From positions 1 to 64,000 of the forward strand of contig JBEKCB010000012.1 in NCBI GenBank assembly GCA_050015075.1: a DNA stretch of 64,000 bases. Direction: 5' to 3'. The notes beneath the pieces are model-generated. The model was not told where the DNA came from and did no database searches. It saw nothing but the letters and a program-made list of their open reading frames with translations. The position numbers and the translations under genes are program-made. The number at the start of each line of letters is the position of its first letter. Position 1 is the stretch's first letter. This stretch comes from Candidatus Brocadiia bacterium (GTDB lineage Bacteria > Planctomycetota > Brocadiia > CAIUPP01). Positions 35,643-48,980 of the stretch are shown in pieces.

Positions 35643-37856
35643 ATGACCAACGGAAAACCGGGGGCATTTGACAAGCTTCAGGCCGCGCTGAGCGACGCTG
35701 AACAACGCGACCCCGAATCCGAGGCAATTTACGCGCCGGCCGAACAGGGCATGACGCGCCGCACGTTCCTGAAGTACGTCGGCGCCGGCCTGCTCATCAC
35801 CGTGATGCCGCTGGAGGTCCTCGGGCAGACGTTCCGCCGGGGCCGCGGCGAGAAAGGCCCGGGCGTCAGCGTCGCCGCGCGGATCCACATCGGCAAAGAC
35901 GGCACGATCACCGTCATGACCGGCAAAGTCGAGGGCGGCCAGGGCGCGCGCACGGAGCTCACGCAGGCCGCCGCAGAGGAACTCGGCCTGCCGCCCGACC
36001 GCGTTCAACTCGTCATGGCCGACACCGATCTCGTCCCCGACGACGGCATCACCGCCGGCAGCGGGAGCACGCCGCGCACCGTGCCCGCCGTCCGCCACGG
36101 CGCCGCCGCGGCGCGCGCACTCCTCATCGCGTTCGCCGCCAAGCAATGGGCCGTGGACGCCGGCGCGGTGGAAGTCCGCGACGGCAAGGCCGTCCACGCC
36201 GCCACCCGGCGCGAGCTGACCTACGCCGACCTCGCCGCCGACGCCGACCAAGCCAAGGCGCTCCAGCAGCCCGCGCCCGAAGGCGTCGTCCTGACGCCCG
36301 TCAAGGAGTGGAAGGCGCTCGGCCAGTCGGTCGCCCGGCCGAACGCGCGCGACATCGTCACCGGCGCCCACCGTTACCCTTCGGACATGACGGCGCCCGG
36401 TATGCTCTACGGCAGGATGCTCCGCGCGCCCTCCTACGGCGCGAAGCTGACGAACCTCGATCCCGCCGCCGTCCAGGCGATTCCGGGCGCGGTGCTCGTC
36501 CGGGAAGACTCGTTCGTCGGCGTCGTCGCCCCGACGACCTTCGCCGCCGAGCGCGCCGTGGCCGCGCTGGCCCCGACCGCCGCCTGGGAGACCGCGGACC
36601 AGCCCGGCAGCAAGACGATCTTCGACTATCTGCGCCAGCATACGCACGAGGCTGTCCAGCCGAACCCCTACGCCGCCGACGTCGGCGCGGCCGCCAAGTC
36701 CCTCAAGCAGACCTACACCGTCGCCTACGTCCAGCATGCGCCGCTGGAACCCCGCTCCGCGCTCGCGGCCTGGGACGGCGGCAAGGTCACCGTCTGGCTC
36801 ACGACGCAGAACCCGTTCGGGTGCCGGAACGAGATCTCGCGCGCCCTCGGCTTGAACGCCACGGACGTGCGCGTCATCGTTCCCGATTTCGGCGGCGGCT
36901 TCGGCGGCCGGCACACCGGCGAAGAGGGCGTCGAGGCCGCGCGCCTCGCCCGCGCCGCCGGCAAGCCCGTCCTCGTCCGCTGGACGCGCCGCGAGGAATT
37001 CACCTGGGCCTGCTTCCGCCCCGCCGGCGTCATTGACATCGAGGCCGGACTCGATGCCGCGGGGACGATCACCTCGTGGTACCACGTCAACATCAGCGGC
37101 GGCAACTTCGGCGGCTCCGCCGTCGGCACGCCGTACCGCGTGGGCAAGGCCAAGTCGCAGGCCGTGCAGGCCGATTCCCCGCTGCGGACCAGCTCGTACC
37201 GCGCGCTGGCCGCAACGGCCAATAATTTCGCGCGCGAAGCCTTCATGGACGAACTCGCCGCCGCCGCCGGGCGCGACCCGCTCGAGTTCCGCCTGGCCCA
37301 CCTGGACAAGGCGGACGATGCGCGCCTCCGCGCCGTCCTGGAAACCGCCGCGAAGCGCTTCGACTGGGCCGGCCGCCGCGGGAAGAGAGAGCCCGGCGTC
37401 GGCGTGGGACTCGCCTGTGGCACCGAGAAGGGATCCTGCGTCGCCGCGTGCGCCGAGGTTGCCGTCGAGCAGGGCGAGATCGTGGTCCGCCGCGCGTGCG
37501 AGGTCTTCGAGTGCGGCGCCGTCCTCAACCCCGGCAACCTCACCGCGCAGGTCCACGGCTGCCTGCTTATGGGAATCGGGCCGGCGCTGCGCGAGGAAAT
37601 GCAGTTCGAGAAGGGCGCCGTCCTCAACGCGTCGTTCTCGAAATACCTCGTGCCGCGGTTCCGGGACGTCCCCGAGTTGGACATTCACCTGCTCGACCGG
37701 CCCGATCTTCCGTCGGCCGGCGCCGGCGAGACTCCGATCATCGTCATCGCGCCGGCCATCGCCAACGCCGTCTTCCATGCGACGGGCCGGCCGATCCACC
37801 AGATGCCCATGCGCCTGGCCAAAGACGAGAAGACCGCCGAGGCAGGGCATTCATGA
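35643..37856 (+). CDS. Molybdopterin-binding large subunit (IorB-like, xanthine oxidase family) with Tat-like motif
   Basis: MTRRTFLK, KVEGGQG, HAPLEP, GGGFGGR, SYRA and GAGE...APAIANA motifs. Confidence 0.9.
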   Translation: MTNGKPGAFDKLQAALSDAEQRDPESEAIYAPAEQGMTRRTFLKYVGAGLLITVMPLEVLGQTFRRGRGEKGPGVSVAARIHIGKDGTITVMTGKVEGGQGARTELTQAAAEELGLPPDRVQLVMADTDLVPDDGITAGSGSTPRTVPAVRHGAAAARALLIAFAAKQWAVDAGAVEVRDGKAVHAATRRELTYADLAADADQAKALQQPAPEGVVLTPVKEWKALGQSVARPNARDIVTGAHRYPSDMTAPGMLYGRMLRAPSYGAKLTNLDPAAVQAIPGAVLVREDSFVGVVAPTTFAAERAVAALAPTAAWETADQPGSKTIFDYLRQHTHEAVQPNPYAADVGAAAKSLKQTYTVAYVQHAPLEPRSALAAWDGGKVTVWLTTQNPFGCRNEISRALGLNATDVRVIVPDFGGGFGGRHTGEEGVEAARLARAAGKPVLVRWTRREEFTWACFRPAGVIDIEAGLDAAGTITSWYHVNISGGNFGGSAVGTPYRVGKAKSQAVQADSPLRTSSYRALAATANNFAREAFMDELAAAAGRDPLEFRLAHLDKADDARLRAVLETAAKRFDWAGRRGKREPGVGVGLACGTEKGSCVAACAEVAVEQGEIVVRRACEVFECGAVLNPGNLTAQVHGCLLMGIGPALREEMQFEKGAVLNASFSKYLVPRFRDVPELDIHLLDRPDLPSAGAGETPIIVIAPAIANAVFHATGRPIHQMPMRLAKDEKTAEAGHS

Positions 37857-38974
37857 TTCGGCCGTCTTCCGCAGGGGAAATCCACCGGGCCATCGTGGCT
37901 TTTGCGGACAGCGGCAGAGCCTTTGCCGCGGCGATCGTGCTGAGGGACGAAGGCTCTACGCCGCGCAAGGCCGCCACGAAGGCGCTGATCGAGCCCAATG
38001 GTTCGATCCGCGGCACCATCGGCGGCGGAAAGGTCGAGGCCGAGACCCAGCGCCTCGCGATTGAAGCCATCCGCACCGGGCGCCCCGTGGCGTTTGACTT
38101 CGTACTGGAGGGCGGCAGCGCGGAGGACGACCAGCCGATCTGCGGCGGCTCGATGCGCATCCTCATTGATCCCACCGCTGCCGCCCATGCCGCCGCCTAT
38201 GCCAAGGCTGCCGAGGCCGAGCGCCTGCGCCGACGCGGTGTCCTGCTCACCTCAGTCCGCACCAGCGCCCTGCAGCCCTCCGGCACGCACGTTGGCCCCG
38301 CGCCGAAAGTCGCCGTGCTGTGGATCGCAGAGGGTGCCGTACCCGCCGACATGGGTTTCCCCGGGAGCGACGCCGTCCGCGCGGCGCTCGCGCGGCAGAC
38401 GCCGGAATTCCTTGTCCAGGATGAGCCGCAGGCAGGCGCGCAACTCCAGGTCCTCGTCGAGCCGCTCATCCCGCCGCCGCTCCTGGTCATCGCCGGCGGC
38501 GGGCACATCGGCCAGGCGCTGGCCCTCCAGGCCGGTCTCGTCGGGTTCGCAGTCACGGTCCTGGACGACCGGCCCGAGTTCACCGATCCCGCGCTCTATC
38601 CTGCGGGTGTGGTCACGCGACGCTGCGACATCGCCGGCGAACTGGCCGGCTTCCCCATCGCCGCGGACACGTTCATCGCCATCGTCACGCGCGGCCATCA
38701 GCACGACCGGGCCGCCCTCGCGGCCTGCATACGCAAGCCGGCCGCCTACATCGGCATGATCGGCAGCCGCCGCAAAGTCGCCCTGATCCGCAAGGACCTC
38801 GTCGAATCCGGCGACGCGACCGAGGAAGAGTTCAACCGAGTCTACGCCCCGATCGGCCTGGACATCGGCGCCGAGACCGTCCCGGAGATTGCCGCGAGCA
38901 TTGTCGCCCAGTTGATCGCCGTCTGCAGGAAGGGCGTGGCGCCGCGGTTCCCGGCCGCGCAGGTTCACGCCTGA
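37853..38974 (+). CDS. xdhC: XdhC/CoxI molybdenum cofactor chaperone
   Basis: GSTPR, GTIGGG, ICGG, GGGHI, YIGMIGSRRK and PIGLDIGAET motifs. Confidence 0.92.
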   Translation: MIRPSSAGEIHRAIVAFADSGRAFAAAIVLRDEGSTPRKAATKALIEPNGSIRGTIGGGKVEAETQRLAIEAIRTGRPVAFDFVLEGGSAEDDQPICGGSMRILIDPTAAAHAAAYAKAAEAERLRRRGVLLTSVRTSALQPSGTHVGPAPKVAVLWIAEGAVPADMGFPGSDAVRAALARQTPEFLVQDEPQAGAQLQVLVEPLIPPPLLVIAGGGHIGQALALQAGLVGFAVTVLDDRPEFTDPALYPAGVVTRRCDIAGELAGFPIAADTFIAIVTRGHQHDRAALAACIRKPAAYIGMIGSRRKVALIRKDLVESGDATEEEFNRVYAPIGLDIGAETVPEIAASIVAQLIAVCRKGVAPRFPAAQVHA

Positions 38975-39621
38975 TGGCCGCTGATAGAAACCCGACGATC
39001 TGCGCCGTCATCCTCGCCGCGGGCCAATCCAGGCGCATGGGCGCGCAGAAGCTGCTGCTGCCCTTCGACGGCGGGACGGTGATCGGCCGCATCGCCGGAG
39101 AAATCCTGCGCAGCCCCGTCGCGCGGACGTTCGTCGTCGTGGGAGCGGACGGCGCTCGCGTCGCCGCGGCCCTCGAGACCGAACGCGTTTCACGCAAAGA
39201 GGCCTTTTCCTTCATCACGAATCCTGCCCCCGAAGGTGACATGCTCAGCTCCGTCCGGTGCGGGCTTCGGGCGCTGCCGCCTGAGTGCGAGGCGATCCTG
39301 GTCGCGCTCGGCGACCAGCCCTCCATCACCGCCGAACTGGTCACGCGGATCGTCCACGCCTTTGGCGCCTCCGGCCACGGCATCGTCGTCCCGGTCTACG
39401 CCGGGAAGCGTGGGCATCCGATCCTCTTCTCCGCGCGCTACTCCGAGGAAGTCCTGATCCGCCATGACGACCTCGGCCTCCGCGGGCTCCTTCGCGCGCA
39501 TCCGGAGGACGTGCTGGAACTCCCGGCCGACAGCGCCTCCGTGCTCTCGGACATGGATTATCCGCAGGATTATCTAAGGGAACTCGGCAGGCTTGCTGGC
39601 AAAGGTCCCAAGCCGCAGTGA
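38974..39621 (+). CDS. mocA: Molybdenum cofactor cytidylyltransferase
   Basis: ILAAGQSRRMG, KLLLP, LGDQP, GHP and DMD motifs; operon context. Confidence 0.85.
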   Translation: MAADRNPTICAVILAAGQSRRMGAQKLLLPFDGGTVIGRIAGEILRSPVARTFVVVGADGARVAAALETERVSRKEAFSFITNPAPEGDMLSSVRCGLRALPPECEAILVALGDQPSITAELVTRIVHAFGASGHGIVVPVYAGKRGHPILFSARYSEEVLIRHDDLGLRGLLRAHPEDVLELPADSASVLSDMDYPQDYLRELGRLAGKGPKPQ

Positions 39622-39638
39622 TGACAGCCGGCCGCGAG

Positions 39639-40598
39639 TTACGCCGCGGAGTAGTTCCCTTCCTTGCGCCAGACATCGAGCATCAGCTCGTAGCGCGCCA
39701 GCTTCATCCCGGTATAGATGCAATTGCTCGTGGAGAAGACGTAGCCGCCGCCGGGCATGCCGTGCCGCAGGCAATAGCGCGCCGATTCGATGATTTCCTC
39801 GTCGGCGCCGGTGTCCAGCGCCGAGCACTTCACGTTGCCGATGAGGCAGACCTTGTCGCCGTAGCGGCGCTTGATCTCCGCGATGTCCACGGCGCCCTGC
39901 GGGTCGAGAGAATGCAGCGCGTGGGGATGCGCCTGAACGAGCTGGTCCAGGATCGGCATGATGTTGCCGTCCGTGTGCTTGACGGTGTAGAACCCCATGT
40001 CGCGGTAGCCCTGAATGAGCCGCGCCAGGTACGGCGTGACGAACTCGCCGAACTGCCGCGGGCTCAGGAACGGCCCGGTGTTGAAACAGTAATCGGAGCA
40101 CATGGCGAACCCGTCCAGGCTGCTGCGCTTCTTCAACTGCTCCGCGCGCGCGAGGGCGCGATCAACGCGTTGCGCGGCCTCGGCATGCAGCGCCTGCGGC
40201 TCCTCGGCCAGCCGGGCGGCGAAGTCGCTCATGTTCTGCCCCGAGGGGATGCTGAACGTCGCGTCGCCTTCGAGCATGAGGAAGTACTTGTCGCCGCTCT
40301 TCTCGCGGACGAGGTCCACCAGCCGGATGCATTCGTCGCGGCTTGACGGGTTCGGATGCAGGAAGATGGCGCTGTGCTCGAAGCGCTCCGCCGTGGCGAC
40401 GAAAACATCGGCCATTTCGTTGCGGTGGAGCTGGCGTTCCTTCGGTTCCATCTGGTCCCACTGCCCGTACGCGCGGTGGCTCGGATGGACCTTGCCGAAG
40501 GCCTCCATCGTCAGGAAAAACACCAGCTCGAAATGGGGAACGCGGCCGGCCATCGGCTGGCGGTTCAGTGCGGCGATGAATCGTTCGCGTGGCGTCAT
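39639..40598 (-). CDS. URO-D family protein
   Basis: MTPRER, SDY, KHTDGN, IGNV and GGGYVFSTSN motifs. Confidence 0.88.
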   Translation of the reverse strand: MTPRERFIAALNRQPMAGRVPHFELVFFLTMEAFGKVHPSHRAYGQWDQMEPKERQLHRNEMADVFVATAERFEHSAIFLHPNPSSRDECIRLVDLVREKSGDKYFLMLEGDATFSIPSGQNMSDFAARLAEEPQALHAEAAQRVDRALARAEQLKKRSSLDGFAMCSDYCFNTGPFLSPRQFGEFVTPYLARLIQGYRDMGFYTVKHTDGNIMPILDQLVQAHPHALHSLDPQGAVDIAEIKRRYGDKVCLIGNVKCSALDTGADEEIIESARYCLRHGMPGGGYVFSTSNCIYTGMKLARYELMLDVWRKEGNYSAA

Positions 40599-40621
40599 GT
40601 CTTTTCGGCCATTCCCATCGC

Positions 40622-41788
40622 TTACTTGATCCGATAGAGATGCACGTCCCACTGGCCGAAATGGTCCTGGAACTTGCCGCCCGCCGGCTGAATCTTCCGG
40701 TTTTCGCCGAGGACTTCGACCTGCGCGCCGACAGGGAGACCTTCGAGGGTGAAGGCGACTTCCGTGTCGCCGGGCTTGGCGGCGACGGCGAAGACGTACG
40801 TCGCGCCGCCGTGCTTCTTCACCATGGTCTCCACGGGCACGTCCTTGTTCGACGATTCCACCTTCAGCGCGTCCTGAATCGTGGGACTGTTCAGCACGGG
40901 CGCGAGTTCATGGACCTGCTTGTTGTTCGCCGTCACGGCGGCGAGCATCTGCGGATCGTCCAGCAGCGCGTGGTCGGCGAACTTGGGCTTCCATTCATGG
41001 CAGAAATAGAGGACTCCGCGGCTGCCGTTCACCAGGCTGATCCAGAATTCCGCCTTGACCTGCTTGGGCGTGGCCTTGAAATTCGTCTCGATCCGCGTGC
41101 ATTCGATGGTGTTCCAGACGGGCTTACGCCCTTCGGTCCACTTGACCAGCCGCGCGACGCCGAGGCCGACCATGTCCAGCTTGTCCTTGACCTGCGCGTT
41201 ATCGTGCGCCACCGGGTAGATGTCGAACGCGACGATGTCGGCTCCCTTGGCGTACTCGGCATAATCCTCGGGATGATTCGTGCGCGTGCCGCGGCCATAC
41301 CAGGCGTCCCACGCCACGCCCTGGCCAAGGCCAAGGTACACGGGCCGGGTGGGGTCCGCCTTGTGGAACGCTTCGTATCTCTCGACGATCTTCGCCGGCA
41401 AAATGGGCGGCCCATAGCCGGCGCCGCCCGGGAGCGCCTGGGCGTTGTCGGGTTCGTCGTCCTGCAGCCAGCCGACGATGGTCCGATCGTCCTTATGGGC
41501 CAGGGCCACGCGATTCTGATCGCAGATGAGCTGCATTCCGCTTTTCTTAAGCTCGGCGAGCTGGGCTTCGCTCGGCCCGTTCCACAAGCCGATGAAGACA
41601 TTGATGCCCGCCTTCTTGTACTCGGGCGCAAGCACCGGGTTCTGCAGCCAGACGCCGATGGGGAAGTAGGTGTCATCCTTCGGCGGCCCGTTCTTCCATT
41701 GCGCATAGGGACTGGCTTCGTCGGCGCCGGCGGCAACGGTTACAGCCAATAGGAGAGCTGCTGCCGTCAGAAATCCCTGGCCGATCAT
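40622..41788 (-). CDS. Secreted glycoside-hydrolase-like TIM-barrel protein
   Basis: Signal peptide; FPIGVWLQ, DDEPDN, DIVAFDIYP and IEC motifs; family not assigned. Confidence 0.6.
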   Translation of the reverse strand: MIGQGFLTAAALLLAVTVAAGADEASPYAQWKNGPPKDDTYFPIGVWLQNPVLAPEYKKAGINVFIGLWNGPSEAQLAELKKSGMQLICDQNRVALAHKDDRTIVGWLQDDEPDNAQALPGGAGYGPPILPAKIVERYEAFHKADPTRPVYLGLGQGVAWDAWYGRGTRTNHPEDYAEYAKGADIVAFDIYPVAHDNAQVKDKLDMVGLGVARLVKWTEGRKPVWNTIECTRIETNFKATPKQVKAEFWISLVNGSRGVLYFCHEWKPKFADHALLDDPQMLAAVTANNKQVHELAPVLNSPTIQDALKVESSNKDVPVETMVKKHGGATYVFAVAAKPGDTEVAFTLEGLPVGAQVEVLGENRKIQPAGGKFQDHFGQWDVHLYRIK

Positions 41789-41971
41789 CTTCGTTTCTCC
41801 CCTCAAAGTGATAGCCCGCGAAAGGACATAGAGGGCTTAAACTACGCCCTCGCAGCGCTAATGTCAATGGCCGCCGGCGGTCCGCCTTTGCTCTTGGGTC
41901 AGCGGAAGGTATGATACTGCGAAGCAGGTTCACGATGGCTGTGATCGTCAGTCATATCGGAGGTCTCGGCT

Positions 41972-43222
41972 ATGGCCAGGATGAAGAAAATCAGGCTTGG
42001 CGTGGTCGGCGTCGGACGCGGTGCAACCTTCGCCAGGGGCGCCGGCCCGCACCTGGGCGTCGAGCTGGTGGCGCTGTGCGACGCATGGAAAGAGCGGTTG
42101 AAGAACCTCGGCAAACAGCTCAAGGTCGCCACTTACACCGACTACGACAAGTTCCTCGAGCACGACATGGACGCCGTCGTTCTGGCGAACTTCTTCCACG
42201 AACACGCGCCCTTCGCCATCAAGGCGCTCAACGCCGGCATGCACGTCATGAGCGAGACCGCCTGCAACGCCACACTCGCCGAGGGCGTGGAGCTTTGCCG
42301 CACTGTGGAGAGGACCCGCCGCATCTACATGCTCGCCGAGAACTATCCCTACACCGCCTTCAACATGGAGATGCGCCACCTCTACCGCTCCGGCGAAATC
42401 GGGCAGGTCACCTACGCCGAGGGCGAGTACAACCATCCCATGTCGCCGCGCGACCGGAACGCCATCGCGTGCGGCGTGAACCATTGGCGCAACTGGCTGC
42501 CCAGCACGTATTATTGCACCCATGCGCTGGCGCCGCTCGTCTTCATTACCGAGACGATGCCCGTCAAGCTGAACGCGCTGTCCATCGCCTGCCGCGAAGT
42601 GGACGACCTGACGACCCACCGCGGCGATCCCGGATCGGTCATCCTCTGCCGCATGGACAACGGATCGGTGTTCCGCATTCTCGGCGTGTTCCTGCCGGGA
42701 CACAGCAACTGGTACCGCGTGCACGGCACGCGCGGCGCCATGGAGATCGCGCGCGGGCCCGGTTACTTCGGTCCCGAGCAGGTGCGCGTATGGCATGAGG
42801 AGTGGAACCGCCGTCCGGGCGACCCGCTGGACCGAACCTATGCGCCGGAGTGGCGTGAACACGCCGACCTCGCCCGCAAGGCCGGGCACGGCGGCGGTGA
42901 TTTCTGGACGACCTTCCATTTCGCCGAAGCCATCCGGACGGGCAAGCAGCCGTTCCTGAATGTGTACCGCGGAGTCGCCATGTCCTCCGTCGGCATCCTT
43001 GCCTGGAAAAGCGCTCTGCAGGACGGGCAGCCGTTCGACGTGCCCGATTTCAGAAGCGAGAACCTGCGAAAGCGTTACGAGAGCGACCACTGGTCGCCCT
43101 GGCCGGGCCACGCCGCGCCCGGGCAGCCGCCGGCGAGCATTCTGGGCGACCTCAAGCCCGCGAAGAAGGATATGGCCTTTGCGCGAAAGGTCTGGAAGAG
43201 TGTCGGCTACACCGGAGAGTAA
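41972..43222 (+). CDS. Gfo/Idh/MocA family oxidoreductase
   Basis: GVVGVGRG, HVMSE, YMLAENY, EGEYNH, YCTHAL and GHGGGD motifs. Confidence 0.9.
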   Translation: MARMKKIRLGVVGVGRGATFARGAGPHLGVELVALCDAWKERLKNLGKQLKVATYTDYDKFLEHDMDAVVLANFFHEHAPFAIKALNAGMHVMSETACNATLAEGVELCRTVERTRRIYMLAENYPYTAFNMEMRHLYRSGEIGQVTYAEGEYNHPMSPRDRNAIACGVNHWRNWLPSTYYCTHALAPLVFITETMPVKLNALSIACREVDDLTTHRGDPGSVILCRMDNGSVFRILGVFLPGHSNWYRVHGTRGAMEIARGPGYFGPEQVRVWHEEWNRRPGDPLDRTYAPEWREHADLARKAGHGGGDFWTTFHFAEAIRTGKQPFLNVYRGVAMSSVGILAWKSALQDGQPFDVPDFRSENLRKRYESDHWSPWPGHAAPGQPPASILGDLKPAKKDMAFARKVWKSVGYTGE

Positions 43223-43793
43223 ACCGCCGCCTCAGCAGCTCCACATGGTCTGGCCGCAGGAGCGACTCGGCAGCCCGCCGGCCTGCTCGCTGCCGGAGGG
43301 CTACACGCTCCGCACGTTCCGCCCCGGCGACGCCGCCGATCACGTCCGGCTCATGCACGCTGCGGGGTTCGCTAACTGGAGCCAGGAGCAGCTCGCCGCG
43401 GCCATGGATAAGTGCCTGCCCGATGGGTTCTATGTCATCGAACACAACGCGAGCGGCCGGCTCGCAGCGACCGCCATGGCACACCACCAACCTTTGGCAT
43501 ATCTTCCCTGTGGCGGCGAGTTGAGTTGGGTGGCCGGCGACCCTGAACACAAGGGCAAGGGCCTGGGATACGCCGTCTGCGCCGCGGCGACCCGGCGCTT
43601 GCTTGAAATCGGCTACCGCAACATCTACCTGCGCACGGATGATTTCCGGCTGGCGGCGATCAAGGTCTACTTGAAGCTCGGATACGTCCCGTTCCTCTTT
43701 GCGCCGGACATGGAGGGACGCTGGCGGGACGTCTGCGCAAGACTGGGCGCGGATTTCGAAAAGACGCGCAGCGTGCGCGTGCTTTCCCCGTAG
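43200..43793 (+). CDS. GNAT family acetyltransferase
   Basis: VAGDPEHKGKGLG and AIKVYLKLGY motifs; start uncertain (GTG 43200 or ATG 43245). Confidence 0.85.
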   Translation: MSATPESKPPPQQLHMVWPQERLGSPPACSLPEGYTLRTFRPGDAADHVRLMHAAGFANWSQEQLAAAMDKCLPDGFYVIEHNASGRLAATAMAHHQPLAYLPCGGELSWVAGDPEHKGKGLGYAVCAAATRRLLEIGYRNIYLRTDDFRLAAIKVYLKLGYVPFLFAPDMEGRWRDVCARLGADFEKTRSVRVLSP

Positions 43794-43838
43794 CGGCGCT
43801 GCCAGGCGCTGCTTCGTATGCCCTGATGGGCACGCTAC
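43790..43838. repeat. GTAG-type REP doublet
   Basis: GTAGCGGCGC-TGCCA-GGCGCTGC, TTC, GTATGCCC-TGAT-GGGCACGCTAC. Confidence 0.85.
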
Positions 43839-45373
43839 GAGCGATACGCCCGGTTCGCGCAGGAAGCTCGGACGATGTCGGCAAGGTTTTCGAGCGAGGA
43901 TTCCTTGACGAGGCAAGTCGAGGCGCCTGCCGCCCTGATTGCGTCATTCTGGGTTGCGTCGCCATAGGCGGAGAGACCTATCACGCGGATATCAGGCATT
44001 TCGGCCAGGATGCGCCGCGTCGCCTCGACGCCGTCCATGACGGGCATGCTGACATCCATGAGGATGACGTCCGGATGCGTGCCCTGCGCCAGCCTTACGG
44101 CTTCTTCTCCGTTCGCAGCCTGGCCGACGATTTCAATGTCTGCCTCGTGCTGCAACTGAGTGACGAGCAGCAGCCGCAGGTTTTCGTAATCATCCGCGAT
44201 CAGAGTGCGTATCTTATGCGCGGCTTCCGCTGCACGGGGTCCTCCGAGTTCCCTTGCCGATGACTCGGCTGTTCCGGCGCGCCTTGCGGTCGCGCGCAAT
44301 GGGGCAACCAGGGTCACGCGCGTTCCGCGTCCCGGCACACTCTGTATGTCGAGCTTTCCGCCGATCAGTTCGATTCGGCCGCGAGCGTTGGCCAGGCCGA
44401 AACCCAGGTGCCTTCCAAGCGTCGCCGAATCGAACCCGGCCCCCTGGTCTTCTACGACGATCTCGGCCGGACCCGCACCGGACCGCGTGACGCACACCCG
44501 CGCCGATTTTACGCCGGCATGTTTGACGATGTTGAACAGCACCTCGCGGACCCCTTGATACAGCAGAATGCACACTCCTTCGTTGTCGGGCGGGATCTCC
44601 AAGTCGGCAGCCACCTCGACGGCCAGATCGTGCGCTTCCTGCATCTGCTGCCCAAGCTGTCGCAGGGCGGCGACCAGGCCGCGGTTATGAAGCTCGGGCG
44701 GGCTCAGTTCGACGGCTAAAGATCGGGCGGTGCGGACCGACTGATCCAGCAGGTCATGGACGCCCTCGATCGCGCTTTGCCGCTTTTCGGCGGTCGTCTC
44801 CTTGCCTGCAAGAATCAGCTTCAGCTTGGCCGCCGCGAGCGTCTGTTGAAGGTGATCGTGAAGCAGCTGCGCTACCCGCTGGCGCTCGCGCTGTTCGGCC
44901 TGCGTCAACTCCAGGGCCAGCCCGTAAAGCTGCGTGGAGCGGTGATCCAGGTCCTTCAGCGTGACCTTGAGCGCCTCCTCGGCCCGTTTGCGCTCGGCGA
45001 CTTCCTGGCTCAGGCTGGTCGCCTTGCGCTCCAGGGCCTGGTGGCTACGTCGCACGGCGCTCACCACGACCGCAGCCAGGACAAACAGCGCGAGTCGCTC
45101 GCCGCCGTTCCAATAGCGGATAAACGGCGTTGCATACGAGACCTGCCAAAGGGTTTCCACGCCTTCCCTGACCACGATGCTGACTACGGCCATAAAGATC
45201 CCGGCCCACACGCATTCCACCCAAGCGGCAAGGCCGACCGGCAGCAAGTAAAAAAAGGACCAGGCGACCTGCGGACCCGTCGCGTAGTCCGCCCAACCGA
45301 CCAGAATTACCAGGAGTGCCGATCCCGTGAGCGCGAGAATTCGCTTGTGGGTCGGAAGAGAGAGCATACTCAT
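43835..45373 (-). CDS. Membrane hybrid sensor kinase (HisKA_3, HATPase, REC)
   Basis: N-terminal TMs; ERQRVAQLLHDHLQQ, FNIVKHAG, DQGAGF and GFGL; REC ILMDVSMP; start approximate. Confidence 0.9.
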   Translation of the reverse strand: MSMLSLPTHKRILALTGSALLVILVGWADYATGPQVAWSFFYLLPVGLAAWVECVWAGIFMAVVSIVVREGVETLWQVSYATPFIRYWNGGERLALFVLAAVVVSAVRRSHQALERKATSLSQEVAERKRAEEALKVTLKDLDHRSTQLYGLALELTQAEQRERQRVAQLLHDHLQQTLAAAKLKLILAGKETTAEKRQSAIEGVHDLLDQSVRTARSLAVELSPPELHNRGLVAALRQLGQQMQEAHDLAVEVAADLEIPPDNEGVCILLYQGVREVLFNIVKHAGVKSARVCVTRSGAGPAEIVVEDQGAGFDSATLGRHLGFGLANARGRIELIGGKLDIQSVPGRGTRVTLVAPLRATARRAGTAESSARELGGPRAAEAAHKIRTLIADDYENLRLLLVTQLQHEADIEIVGQAANGEEAVRLAQGTHPDVILMDVSMPVMDGVEATRRILAEMPDIRVIGLSAYGDATQNDAIRAAGASTCLVKESSLENLADIVRASCANRAYRS

Positions 45374-45555
45374 TCCAGAATCCGTTCTCACGTCCCGATC
45401 CACCCTCGCGCTTGGGATGGCGGGCTTGCGACCTTGCTGAAAGACCCACCCGAGGCAAATGCACTGCAGGGGATGCCCAAGTCCCATCCGCAATGCAATC
45501 CGGAATCTCAGAAGATGGCCGCCACACCTCACGACAGTCAGCCATCGAATATCCG

Positions 45556-45584
45556 ATTCTGACCACCAGAATTCTACTTGTCAA
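45556..45584 (-). promoter_or_regulatory. Candidate sigma70 promoter of the kinase gene
   Basis: Minus strand TTGACA-17 nt-CAGAAT. Confidence 0.55.
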
Positions 45585-45663
45585 GGAAAATTCGCGCGGC
45601 GAAAGAGGACCTCTGCTCCGGCTGGCTGAGCAGCGCTGACGAAGGCGCGGGCAGAAAACTCGG

Positions 45664-45691
45664 TTGCAATTTCATCCCGGGAAGGTACAAT
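45664..45691 (+). promoter_or_regulatory. Candidate sigma70 promoter of the beta-galactosidase gene
   Basis: TTGCAA-16 nt-TACAAT. Confidence 0.55.
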
Positions 45692-45749
45692 CCGGGCACG
45701 CGGCTTCACGATGGGTATGACCCGCCCGTCATCCGGAAATACAGGCTGA

Positions 45750-48980
<3,231 letters not shown>

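Noticed and set aside
35146-39621. Missing FAD subunit in the molybdoenzyme operon
   Set aside because: Normal for IorAB-type two-subunit enzymes.
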